Shown in pieces: positions 29,313-38,470 of a stretch of DNA of 44,998 bases (positions within the stretch are counted from its first letter, which is position 1; the number at the start of each line of letters is the position of its first letter). The position numbers were made by a program, and so were the translations under genes. The notes below the pieces were generated by a model. It did no database searches, was not told the origin of the DNA, and saw only the letters and a list, made by a program, of their open reading frames with translations. Source of the DNA: an uncultured Gammaproteobacteria bacterium (lineage in GTDB: Bacteria > Patescibacteriota > Patescibacteriia > Magasanikbacterales > JBBTQS01); assembly GCA_964627525.1 (NCBI GenBank), contig CAZVIA010000008.1, positions 3,448-48,445 on the forward strand, written 5' to 3'.

Positions 29313-29341
29313 AACATATACTATTTGTTAAAGTTTGTCAA
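29313..29341 (-). promoter_or_regulatory. Sigma70 promoter driving the stem-loop array and secreted-protein gene
   Basis: Minus strand TTGACA (29341-29336), 17 bp, TATGTT (29318-29313); predicted start site coincides with the first stem. Confidence 0.6.
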
Positions 29342-29444
29342 CCCCACCTAAATAATTTTTAAAATCCAAAAACCAATCAAAATTGTTGCTAAAATATCAA
29401 AAAATAGATACAATTTGAATACAACATCTATAATATAAAGGAGT

Positions 29445-30659
29445 ATGGCAATTTCAAAAGACAAGAAAAAAATTGAGGAACTGCTCTCTAGAGGAGTGGA
29501 AAATATTTATCCTTCAAAAGAATTTTTGCGAAAACGTTTGCAAGAAGGCAAGCAATTAACTTTGTATACTGGTTATGACCCAACAGCACCAACTTTGCAT
29601 GTTGGTCATGGGATAACTTTATTAAAATTGCGTCAGTTTCAAAATTTGGGACATAAAATAATAATATTGATTGGGGATTTTACTGGAATGATTGGCGACC
29701 CAACAGATAAATCTGCAGCGCGCCAAAGATTAACTCGCAAGCAAGTTTTGGAAAATGCAAAGATGTACAAAAAACAAGCTTCAAAAATTTTAAACTTAAC
29801 TGGCAAAAATAAAGCTGAAATAAAATATAATAGCAAGTGGCTCGGAAAGATGAGTTTTGCAGATGTTGTGGAATTAGGAAGTCATTTTACAGTTCAAAGA
29901 ATGATGGAGCGCGACATGTTTGAAAAGCGCATGAAGGATGGTAAGCCGATTTATGTTCATGAATTTATGTATCCAATGATGCAAGGTTATGATTGTGTTG
30001 CAATGGATGTTGATGGTGAAGTTGGTGGAAATGATCAAACTTTCAACATGCTTGCTGGTCGTAGTTTAATGAAGGATTTAAAGAAAAAAGAAAAGTTTGT
30101 TTTAACAACTCGTTTGTTAACAGATACAACTGGTGCGAAAATGGGTAAGACAACTGGTAATATGATTGCGTTTAATGATGCTCCAGAAGATATTTATGGA
30201 AAAGTCATGAGCTGGAATGATGAAATGATTGTTTCTGGTTTTGAACTGTGCACACAAGTTTCAATAGATAAAATAAATAAAATTAAAAACCATCTGAAGG
30301 TTGGAAAAAATCCTCGTGATGCAAAAGCTCAATTGGCTTTTGAAATTACCGCATTGTTTACTAGTCCGGCAAAAGCAAAAACAGCTGAAAAACATTTTGC
30401 AAAAACTTTTCAGAAAAAAGAAAATCCAGATGATATGGCAGAAGTTGTAGTTGCAGAAACAGTTTTAAATATTATTGATGCTTTAGTGCATGCAGATTTA
30501 GCTTCAAGTAAAAGTGATGCTCGTCGCGTAATTCAAGGTGGGGGAGTTAAAGTTGATAACAAAAAAATTATAGATCCAAAATCAGACATTAAAATAAATA
30601 AACAAGGAGTGGTTGTGCAAAAAGGTAAAAGATTTTTTGCGCGAATAATGTTGGGCTAG
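29445..30659 (+). CDS. tyrS: Tyrosine--tRNA ligase
   Basis: YTGYDPTAPTLHVGH, IGDPT, YPMMQGYD, GGNDQ, KMGKT, C-terminal S4 domain. Confidence 0.98.
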   Translation: MAISKDKKKIEELLSRGVENIYPSKEFLRKRLQEGKQLTLYTGYDPTAPTLHVGHGITLLKLRQFQNLGHKIIILIGDFTGMIGDPTDKSAARQRLTRKQVLENAKMYKKQASKILNLTGKNKAEIKYNSKWLGKMSFADVVELGSHFTVQRMMERDMFEKRMKDGKPIYVHEFMYPMMQGYDCVAMDVDGEVGGNDQTFNMLAGRSLMKDLKKKEKFVLTTRLLTDTTGAKMGKTTGNMIAFNDAPEDIYGKVMSWNDEMIVSGFELCTQVSIDKINKIKNHLKVGKNPRDAKAQLAFEITALFTSPAKAKTAEKHFAKTFQKKENPDDMAEVVVAETVLNIIDALVHADLASSKSDARRVIQGGGVKVDNKKIIDPKSDIKINKQGVVVQKGKRFFARIMLG

Positions 30660-30716
30660 TCTGCTTAGGATTAAGTTGGGTTAGAGATAAAAAGATATAT
30701 GGTTAAGTAAAAAAAT

Positions 30717-32492
30717 ATGGTTTTTTCAGATTTAAGAAAAACAATTGCAAAGGCAATTCATGTATCAACAAACAAAAAAGTTGAGGCAAATGAAATAGTT
30801 AAGGCACCAAAACCTGAAATGGGAGATTTGGCTTATGCTTGTTTTAGTTTGGCAAAAGATTTAGGAAAAAATCCAGTACAATGTGCTGAGGAAATTTCTG
30901 CTGATCTCACAAAAGACCTTCCAAAATTAGTTAAACAAGTAAAAGCAGTTGGTCCTTATGTGAATTTTTATTTAGATACACCAACTTTAGCAAAAGAATT
31001 AATAAGCAAAATTAAAAAATCTGATGAACAATTTGCGTGTTCAAGCAAATCTGGTAAAAAAATCAAGAAAACCAAGAAAATTCTGTTTGAGTATTCAGGT
31101 TTAAACACACACAAAGAAGTTCATATTGGTCACATTAGAAATCATTCACTAGGAAGTTCGATTGTTAGGCTTTTAAGAACACAAGGACATGAAGTTATAC
31201 CAGTAGATTTTGTAAATGATTTTGGAATGAATGTTGCAAAGTGTGTTTGGGGTTTACAAAAGTTTTATAAAGGAAAATTAGATTTTAAATCAGACTCAAA
31301 ATCTAAAACAAAAAATAAAATGGAAGCATTGGCAGATGTATATGTTGAGGCAACTGCAAAAATGGAGGAAGGCGGAGAGCAGGCGAAAAAAGAAGTTTCA
31401 GATGTTTTGATTGCAATTGAAGGTAATCCAAAATCTCCAGAGCATAAATTGTGGAAAGAAACTCGTGAATGGAGCTTGCAAGGTTTTTATAATATATATA
31501 AGGAAATGGAATTGGATTTTGAAGAAAGGTTTTTTGAAAGTGATGTTAAGTCAAAAGGAAAAGAAAAAGTTCAGGAGTTGTTGAAACAAGGTGTGGTAAA
31601 AAAATCTCAAGGCGCGGTTATTGCAGATTTGGAAGATCAGGGGTTAGGTGTTTTGCTTTTATTAAAATCAGATGGAACTGGTTTGTATTCAACAACTGAT
31701 CTTGCGTTGGTTGATGCTAAATTAAAAAAATATCCAGATGTTGATGCGTCTGTGATTGTGACAGATTTTAGGCAATCACAGTATTTTATGCAATTATTTA
31801 AGGTTTTGGAAATGTCTGGTTTGAAAAAAGAGTTGGTGCATATTGCTTATGAGTTTGTGACTTTACCTAAGGGTGCAATGAGTACAAGAAAAGGAAATGT
31901 TATTCGTTATCGTGAGTTGCGAGATGCTTTAAAAGAAAAAGCTGCTCAAGAAATTAAGTTGCGTCATAAAGATTGGTCAAAAGAAAAAATTGAAAATACA
32001 GCACATGCAATTGCAATGGGTGCAATGAAGTTTACAATGATTTCAGTTGGTAGTAATCAAAAAATAGTTTTTGATATGGATGCTGCACTTGCATTAAATG
32101 GAATGAGTAGTTTGTACTTGCAATATACTGGTGCGCGTTTAAATAATATTTTACAAAAAACTAGTGCACAAAAAGTTAGCGCTAAAAAATCTACTACAGC
32201 CAAAAAAGCAGATTTCAAAACTTTAGAAAAACCAATTGAGCATCAGTTGTTGAAACATTTATTGTGGTATGAGTTTGAGTTAACACAATCTGCAAAAAAT
32301 TATGATCCATCGATTTTGGTGAGGTGGATTTATGAGTTATGTCAGCTTTCAAGTAGTTTTTATGAGCAGTGTCGTGTGTTAGATGACAGTGGAGAAGTGC
32401 ATGAAGCAAGAAAAGAATTGACTGAAGTTGTTGCAGGAGTTTTAAAACAAGGATTGCAAATTTTGGGAGTGCCACATCTTGAAGAAATTTAA
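30717..32492 (+). CDS. argS: Arginine--tRNA ligase
   Basis: GPYVNF, EYSGLNTHKEVHIGHIRN, KSDGTGLYSTTDLA, MSTRKG, YLQYTGAR. Confidence 0.97.
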   Translation: MVFSDLRKTIAKAIHVSTNKKVEANEIVKAPKPEMGDLAYACFSLAKDLGKNPVQCAEEISADLTKDLPKLVKQVKAVGPYVNFYLDTPTLAKELISKIKKSDEQFACSSKSGKKIKKTKKILFEYSGLNTHKEVHIGHIRNHSLGSSIVRLLRTQGHEVIPVDFVNDFGMNVAKCVWGLQKFYKGKLDFKSDSKSKTKNKMEALADVYVEATAKMEEGGEQAKKEVSDVLIAIEGNPKSPEHKLWKETREWSLQGFYNIYKEMELDFEERFFESDVKSKGKEKVQELLKQGVVKKSQGAVIADLEDQGLGVLLLLKSDGTGLYSTTDLALVDAKLKKYPDVDASVIVTDFRQSQYFMQLFKVLEMSGLKKELVHIAYEFVTLPKGAMSTRKGNVIRYRELRDALKEKAAQEIKLRHKDWSKEKIENTAHAIAMGAMKFTMISVGSNQKIVFDMDAALALNGMSSLYLQYTGARLNNILQKTSAQKVSAKKSTTAKKADFKTLEKPIEHQLLKHLLWYEFELTQSAKNYDPSILVRWIYELCQLSSSFYEQCRVLDDSGEVHEARKELTEVVAGVLKQGLQILGVPHLEEI

Positions 32493-32567
32493 GAACTTGC
32501 ATGTAAAAGGAAAAGTGGTGTAACATATTGCTACACCACTTTTTTAAAAAATCATTGAATACAAAAT

Positions 32568-33080
32568 ATGTTCAAAGTAAAAATTCGAGATGAAGAGGAG
32601 GTAAAAGAAGAAACAAATGAGGAACAACAAATTAATTCTCAAGAAACTCAAACAATAGGTGAGATTGAAACAATTGTTGGTCCTTCGGTTGAAGTTGAGG
32701 GAGATTTTTCTAGTAAAGGAAATATGGTTGTTCAGGGAACTGTTGCTGGAAATGTTAAGACTGCAAAAAATTTGCGTGTTGAAGAAGGTGCAAGAATTTT
32801 AGCAAGTGTAAAAGCCCAAAATTCACAGATCTCTGGTGAGATTCAAGGTAGTGTAACAATTAAGGAGACTTTGGAATTAACAAGTTCTGCTGTTGTGATT
32901 GGCGATGTAAGTGCTGCAACTTTAATTATTGAAGCAGGTGCAATAATGCATGGTAAGTGTAGTATGCCTGGGCCTCATACGGAAAAGTCTACAGAAAAAT
33001 CTAGTGCTACAAAAACATCTTCAAGAAAAAGAACACATCAAACTACTTCTACAGAAACAACCACAGAAGAATCAGAATAA
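32568..33080 (+). CDS. Bactofilin (polymer-forming cytoskeletal protein)
   Basis: ETIVGPSVEVEGDF...V.G.V.GNV...ISGEIQGSV...GDV.AATLIIEAGAIMHGKCSM beta-helix. Confidence 0.92.
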   Translation: MFKVKIRDEEEVKEETNEEQQINSQETQTIGEIETIVGPSVEVEGDFSSKGNMVVQGTVAGNVKTAKNLRVEEGARILASVKAQNSQISGEIQGSVTIKETLELTSSAVVIGDVSAATLIIEAGAIMHGKCSMPGPHTEKSTEKSSATKTSSRKRTHQTTSTETTTEESE

Positions 33081-33092
33081 TAAGATGTATAT

Positions 33093-33869
33093 ATGTACAT
33101 CTATTTATATGACACATTTGTAAAAAAAGGGCCGTATGCTCGTGTGATAAAAAGCATTGAGAATCGGCTAACTGATATGGAGTTAACTGGAAAAATAATT
33201 CGGTTGGCGCAGTTTTCAAATCCAAAAGCAATTTTGCATGATGAAATGCGTAATGGTGCAAAAACCGCGATTGTGGTTGGGGATGAAAATAGTTTTGCTC
33301 GTGTTTTAACAAGATGTGCAGATGTTGATATGGTTTTTGGGTGGGTTCCAGTTGGTCGGCAAATTGAAATGAGCAAACATTTGGGAATACCTTATGGGGC
33401 AGAAGCTTGTTCAATAATTAGCGCTCGTCGGGTTTTAGATTTAGATGTAATGCAAGTAAATGATCGTTATGCAATTGCTGAACTGCATATTCCTTTGAGC
33501 AAAGTTTGGTTGGCAATGGATGGAAAATATGCAATGGGGCCAACAAGTGATGCAATTCAAGTTGGTGTTTGTAATTTAAGATCACTTGATTGGTGCAAGA
33601 GTTTTTTTAAAAAAAATACACATCCACAAGATCGCAAGTTAGAAGTTTTTATAAGGACATTAAAAAAAGAACAAACCAAGCGGAAGAAAATCTTTAGTAG
33701 TTCGTATGATCCAATGACAGTTTTGCCTTTTGAAAAAATGACTGTTTATGGAAAAAAACCTTTTGAATTATTTATTGATGGTCAGCGCAGTAAAGAAACT
33801 CGTGTGCAAGTGCAGTTGGCACCTCATCGTGTTTCTGTTATAACAGGAAAGCAAAGAGCATTTATTTAA
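33093..33869 (+). CDS. Diacylglycerol-kinase-family-like protein
   Basis: IVVGDENSF (variant of GGDGT), GWVPVG, LGIP, LDV..VNDRY and C-terminal IDG. Confidence 0.6.
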   Translation: MYIYLYDTFVKKGPYARVIKSIENRLTDMELTGKIIRLAQFSNPKAILHDEMRNGAKTAIVVGDENSFARVLTRCADVDMVFGWVPVGRQIEMSKHLGIPYGAEACSIISARRVLDLDVMQVNDRYAIAELHIPLSKVWLAMDGKYAMGPTSDAIQVGVCNLRSLDWCKSFFKKNTHPQDRKLEVFIRTLKKEQTKRKKIFSSSYDPMTVLPFEKMTVYGKKPFELFIDGQRSKETRVQVQLAPHRVSVITGKQRAFI

Positions 33870-33919
33870 TTATTTTTTTTGCGCGACCCGCTTATCGCGG
33901 TCCGCGCAACAAAACAAAA

Positions 33920-34004
33920 GCTGGAGTGGCGGAATGGTAGACGCGCCAGATTGAGGGTCTGGTCCTGGGTTTCCGGGGTGGAGGTTCAAGTCCTCTCTCC
34001 AGCA
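33920..34004 (+). tRNA. tRNA-Leu (anticodon GAG)
   Basis: GCTGGAG/CTCCAGC acceptor stem; CCAGA-TTGAGGG-TCTGG anticodon arm; long variable arm; TTCAAGT T-loop. Confidence 0.96.
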
Positions 34005-34104
34005 CAAAAAAAAGTATAGGTTGACAAAGTCCACCATAAAAGATAGGCTAGACCATCAGTTCTTTAAAACTATTTTGTCGCACACAAAACAAAGGAGGAG
34101 AGAA

Positions 34105-35790
34105 GTGGCTGATACAAAACATGGATTACCTGTTCCTTCAAGGATAGGTCAAGATATAGATGGAAGGTATCGTCTTGTTGAGCAGATTGGTGAAGGTGGA
34201 ATTGGAATTGTTTATCGCGCTATATACATAAAAGCTGATAAGGAAGTTGCAATAAAGGTTTTACCTCAAAGATTCACAACTGATGTAGAATATTGTGGTC
34301 GTTTTACGAGAGAAGCAAGATTAGCTTCTAGAATTGATCATGAGAATTGTGCTCAGATTTATGACTTTGGAAAACTTGATGATGGTAGTTTGTTTATTGT
34401 GATGGAGTTTGTTGATGGAAAAAATGCAGGCGAGCTTCAGCATGAAAGACTGTTAACTCTTAGGCAGGTTTTGTCCATTGGAATTCAGGTTTGTTCTGCT
34501 CTTGTTCATGTTCATGACAAAGGAATTGTTCATCGCGATCTAAAGCCAGACAATATTATGGTCACAAGCACTCGGCAAAGAGAGTTTTTGGTCAAGTTGC
34601 TTGACTTTGGTATTGCAAAAAACGTTGGTGTAGATATCACTCCTGGTGGCCCAAGTTTTCAAACTCAAATTGGAATAACTTGTGGTACACCTGGGTTTAT
34701 GTCTCCTGAACAAATTCGTGGAGAGCAAGACATTGATTTTCGTGCTGATCTGTATTCGCTTGGGGCAGTTTTATACAAACTTACTACAGGTAAAGATACT
34801 TTTGTTGCCAAAACTCCAATGGATGTGCTTGCAAAAGCATTGCAAAAAGTAGTGGTTGAGCCTAGGGCGTACAATTCGCAGATTCCAGTTTATCTGAATC
34901 AGCTGATCATGGATCTTTTGGCAAAAAATCCAGACAATAGACCAGAGTCTGCTTTGTATGTTAAGGAATATTTGGAAAGGGTTTTGGATTCATTGGATAC
35001 AACCAAAAGTAGGACTAAGACACCTGCTGTAATTTCTGCAGTTGGTGAAACAGTACCAGCGCGTTATGAAGCTGTGACTTCTGGTGAAATAACAAGTGGT
35101 GTGCATGATGCGCCAGTTGAGTCGAAGAAAAGTGATAATGAACCATCTACTTCTACAAAAATGCTTCAAGCGCAGTTTGGTACAGCGCATAGAAATAGAG
35201 TTCTTGTTGCGCTAGTGGTTTGTGTTTTGATTCTAGGTGTTGGATTTTTGTTTATGGCTTTGCCTTTTACAAAAACTCATCACAGTCCATCTCCTGATGA
35301 AGTTTTGCCAGAAGATGTTGAATCAGAAAGTGTTGTTGCATCAATAGAATCAGATCAGTCTGTGTCTTTGGAACAACCTGAACCAAAGCCCGAGCTTGAG
35401 CAACAACTTAAGCACAAAGTTGTTGTTGTGAGAAGAAATCAAGACTTGAATTCAATGCGTGCATCACGACGTGAACAAGTTGATTTTGTTTCAAAAGGTG
35501 CGGTCATAGATAGAATTGACAAGTATGCTATTGCTAGACGGTGGGAACGTGTTGCTGAAAAAGCAAAACGTGGAGGTAAATATCGTGTTGCAGTAGACGC
35601 TTTTCAAAAAGCATATAAAACAATGCGTAGTCCCAGATATCTTAAAGAGATTGGTTTTCTATATATCAAACTTGGTGATAGATTGTCTGCGTGTAGATTT
35701 TTTCAAAGATATGTCGGGCGCTTGCGAGTGCGCGCTCGAGCAAAAGCAGCTCAACGTTTTGGGATTTACAACTGTGATCTCAAATACTGA
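34105..35790 (+). CDS. Hanks-type Ser/Thr protein kinase with TM helix and C-terminal TPR-like domain
   Basis: IGEGGIGIVY, VAIK, HRDLKPDN, DFG, GTPGFMSPEQ. GTG start at 34105 follows AAGGAGG; the track start at 34021 is the TTGACA of a probable promoter. Confidence 0.93.
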   Translation: MADTKHGLPVPSRIGQDIDGRYRLVEQIGEGGIGIVYRAIYIKADKEVAIKVLPQRFTTDVEYCGRFTREARLASRIDHENCAQIYDFGKLDDGSLFIVMEFVDGKNAGELQHERLLTLRQVLSIGIQVCSALVHVHDKGIVHRDLKPDNIMVTSTRQREFLVKLLDFGIAKNVGVDITPGGPSFQTQIGITCGTPGFMSPEQIRGEQDIDFRADLYSLGAVLYKLTTGKDTFVAKTPMDVLAKALQKVVVEPRAYNSQIPVYLNQLIMDLLAKNPDNRPESALYVKEYLERVLDSLDTTKSRTKTPAVISAVGETVPARYEAVTSGEITSGVHDAPVESKKSDNEPSTSTKMLQAQFGTAHRNRVLVALVVCVLILGVGFLFMALPFTKTHHSPSPDEVLPEDVESESVVASIESDQSVSLEQPEPKPELEQQLKHKVVVVRRNQDLNSMRASRREQVDFVSKGAVIDRIDKYAIARRWERVAEKAKRGGKYRVAVDAFQKAYKTMRSPRYLKEIGFLYIKLGDRLSACRFFQRYVGRLRVRARAKAAQRFGIYNCDLKY

Positions 35791-35840
35791 TTGGTTGCCA
35801 GTGCTAGTGGTGCAAGTAATGTTGCTGGCACAAAAACAAA

Positions 35841-35879
35841 CAAAACCCGTTGGAGTTACTCCACCGGGTTTTGTGTTTT
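35841..35879. terminator. Bidirectional terminator between kinase and PEGA genes
   Basis: CAAAACCCG-TTGGAGTTACTCCAC-CGGGTTTTG flanked by A and T runs. Confidence 0.7.
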
Positions 35880-35986
35880 GCAGGGATCGACACTTTATTG
35901 TATTCGAGGTTTATCCTGCCTTAGTCTTTGGTTTGTAAATTTAGCGGGAGATGCTGCATCTATTTAACACCTTGGTTATCCCACTA
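35880..35986 (-). ncRNA. Dual-spacer stem-loop array, 2 units (TIGR-like candidate)
   Basis: Minus strand TAGTGGG-[ATA accaaggtg T TAAA TA gatgcagca TCT]-CCCGCTA and GCAGG-[ATA aacctcgaa T ACAA TA aagtgtcga TC]-CCTGC; a U-G pair fixes the strand. Confidence 0.7.
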
Positions 35987-35994
35987 TCTAATAA

Positions 35995-37137
35995 CTAGAA
36001 CCTGAAAATCATGTTTGCACCAACTGTATCTGGTGTGATTATTGGCGTGGCATGAAGGGTTTTTTCTGGAAGCAGGTGACCAACAAGTGCTGTTGTAGCA
36101 CCAGCAACAAAAAGTGAAATTCCAGTCGGCAACATCCAATTGTAGTTTTTTGTTGCAGACCTACCAGACTCTATAAGCGAGTCATATTTTGATTTTGAGA
36201 TTGTACAAGATTTACCTGCACATGCATCTGACAATTCTTGTTCAGTATTGCTAACCTCAAAAGCATTGTTTATTGCCAAAATTACGAATGCAGAACTTCC
36301 GATCGCAGTGATCCAACCAGTAGAGATCAGAGCAGCGCGAGTTTTGCGACGAGCAGTGTATTCAGACAAGTTTGTTTCAGGCTCAACTGGATCAAGATGG
36401 TCAGGATCAATTGGGTCACCAATACTTGGTTCGCTGTTCACCTTAACCAACTCAACCGGAATCATGTACTTGCTGTTTTCTTCACAAGTGATGTTGCGCG
36501 CAAAAGGCTGATAACCTTCACGTCTAACTTCCAATTTGTATGCTCCAGGTTTTACCTTAACCTCAATGCTGTTTTTCAGTGGAGCTCCATTTAGGAAGAT
36601 TTCAGCATCAGTCGGATTAACATTGATCAGAACAAATGCTCCCATCTTTTGGATCACTGCTTTGACCAAGTTTATAGACTTGTTTAGCACAGCTGCAAAT
36701 TCATTCGCCATGCTAACAGTTTTTGTGACATCGTTTTCACTTGAATCTGCAATGCGAGTGAATACAAGTTTGCGAAGATCGCCGTCTGTACTGATTTTAC
36801 CCAGAACAAACCACTTGTGATCTCCAAGCTTACTTCGTACTGCACGTAAGCAGTCGTGATCATACAAGCAAGACCCTTGGTTTTTTGGACCTTGGTATTT
36901 CATGAGCTCGTGCAATTTTTCCTTTGGCAGGAAATCTACATCAAGTTCAGTCTTGAGTTTGAATGTCAATGCCTCGGTAAGGTCATTGGCAAATTCAACA
37001 CTAACTTCTGAATCAGCGCTGACAACTACGAATGCTGCGGTTTGTTGTGCTTTTGCGCAAGGAGAACAAAGTCCAAGCGACAAAAGTATCACAATCACTG
37101 CGAATGGAAAGAACAAATTATTGTTCAGCACTTTCAT
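35995..37137 (-). CDS. PEGA-domain secreted/outer-membrane-type protein
   Basis: Signal peptide; PEGA motif VNPTDAEIFLNG...VKPGAYKLEVRREGYQP; two C-terminal hydrophobic helices; terminal ...GANMIFRF; SD AAGGAGG and TTGACA-17-TAAGGT upstream. Confidence 0.85.
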   Translation of the reverse strand: MKVLNNNLFFPFAVIVILLSLGLCSPCAKAQQTAAFVVVSADSEVSVEFANDLTEALTFKLKTELDVDFLPKEKLHELMKYQGPKNQGSCLYDHDCLRAVRSKLGDHKWFVLGKISTDGDLRKLVFTRIADSSENDVTKTVSMANEFAAVLNKSINLVKAVIQKMGAFVLINVNPTDAEIFLNGAPLKNSIEVKVKPGAYKLEVRREGYQPFARNITCEENSKYMIPVELVKVNSEPSIGDPIDPDHLDPVEPETNLSEYTARRKTRAALISTGWITAIGSSAFVILAINNAFEVSNTEQELSDACAGKSCTISKSKYDSLIESGRSATKNYNWMLPTGISLFVAGATTALVGHLLPEKTLHATPIITPDTVGANMIFRF

Positions 37138-37322
37138 CGGACTTCCTCCTTGCTTTATTGTTTGTCCAGGTTCAGTGTCCAGCCTGCTTCATGCAGGTAA
37201 TTAACCTTAGCTTTTTTAAGTGATTATGTCAAGTTGTGTGGGGTTTTGAGTTTTTTAGTATGTATCTTGCTAAAAAAACTTAATTTTGTTATTATGATGT
37301 CATTCAGATATAAAAATTATCT

Positions 37323-37396
37323 GGGTGCATAGCTCAGCTGGTTAGAGCGCCTCGTTTACACCGAGGAGGTCAGGGGTTCGACTCCCTTTGCACCCA
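37323..37396 (+). tRNA. tRNA-Val (anticodon TAC)
   Basis: GGGTGCA/TGCACCC acceptor stem; CCTCG-TTTACAC-CGAGG anticodon arm; TTCGACT T-loop. Confidence 0.96.
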
Positions 37397-37567
37397 CAAA
37401 ATAAGAATACCCCTCTTGTGAGGGGTATTCTTATTTTGTGGGTATAGAGGAGCCGAACCCGAAGGGTTCGGTTGACGACTAAGGCGAGTGAAATGTGTGC
37501 TTGCACACATTTCCGAGCCGCTGGAGTTAATGCCGAAGCGCGAAGCGCTAAGGCACTCCCTTTGCAC
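37381..37567. mobile_element. Miniature palindromic element at the tRNA-Val 3' end
   Basis: 13-bp direct repeat ACTCCCTTTGCAC at 37381-37393 and 37555-37567; internal inverted copy of the tRNA 3' end; several GC hairpins. Confidence 0.55.
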
Positions 37568-37609
37568 AAGTTATTGCCAAATTACAAAAACAATATATAA
37601 TCAAAGTGT

Positions 37610-37852
37610 ATGAAATTTTTTCTTGGTTTAATATTAACAATTGTTGGTTTTTATTTTGTTTGGAAAACACCAAAGATATTGTCATTTTTTGGACGTGTGG
37701 ATTGGGCAGAAAAAAACATGCGTTTATTTGGTGGCACAAGAATGTTTTATAATTTAGTTGGGATTGTAATTATTTTAACTGGCTTTGCAATGATGACTGG
37801 TCTTGCTGGTGGTGTGGCACAATCAATTGCAGGTTTTGTTTTTGGAGTTTAA
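37610..37852 (+). CDS. Small hypothetical membrane protein (2 TM)
   Basis: 80 aa; hydrophobic helices flanking FFGRVDWAEK...GGTRMFYNLVG. Confidence 0.75.
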   Translation: MKFFLGLILTIVGFYFVWKTPKILSFFGRVDWAEKNMRLFGGTRMFYNLVGIVIILTGFAMMTGLAGGVAQSIAGFVFGV

Positions 37853-37874
37853 AGAAAACCGTAAAATAAAAAAT

Positions 37875-38420
37875 ATGTACACAACAGCAGGAACACATTT
37901 GCTAGACTCAAAAAAGATTCTTCAAAAAATTGGTGTGACACAAGGATCACGTGTCGCAGATTTGGGTTGTGGAAAAATTGGGCAGTTTGTTTATCCTTCA
38001 TCAGAAATAATTGGCGAAGATGGAATGGTTTATGCAGTGGATGTTCAAAAAGAAATTTTAAATGAATTAAAAAAAGGAATTGAACATCGTAATTTAAAAA
38101 ATGCACAAATTGTTTGGGCGGATTTGGAAAATTTTGGGTCAACAAAAATTCCAGAAGGTACTTTGGATTATATTTTTCTTGTGACAGTTTTGCACCAAAG
38201 TAAAAAGCAAGAGCAAATTATAAAAGAAGCTACACGTTTGTTAAAAATTGGTGGCAAATTGTTGATTATTGATTGGAAACAGGATTCTCCTTTGGCAAAA
38301 AGCACTACTGAAAAAGTTGATGCAGATGAGGTGATGGATTTTGCAAAGGAATCAAAATTAAAATTAAAAGAGCGCATGAAAGTTGGTAGATTTCATTTTG
38401 GACTTGTATTTGAAAAATAA
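37875..38420 (+). CDS. Class I SAM-dependent methyltransferase
   Basis: RVADLGCG, VYAVDV, RLLKIGGKLLIIDW; start moved to MYTTAG at 37875. Confidence 0.88.
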   Translation: MYTTAGTHLLDSKKILQKIGVTQGSRVADLGCGKIGQFVYPSSEIIGEDGMVYAVDVQKEILNELKKGIEHRNLKNAQIVWADLENFGSTKIPEGTLDYIFLVTVLHQSKKQEQIIKEATRLLKIGGKLLIIDWKQDSPLAKSTTEKVDADEVMDFAKESKLKLKERMKVGRFHFGLVFEK

Positions 38421-38470
38421 ATGTAGTAGTATATTGCAATTGAAGGGGGTGTTGTTCGCGAAGAAAGATT

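Noticed and set aside
37342..37569. Short ORFs on both strands
   Set aside because: They overlap tRNA-Val and its palindromic element.
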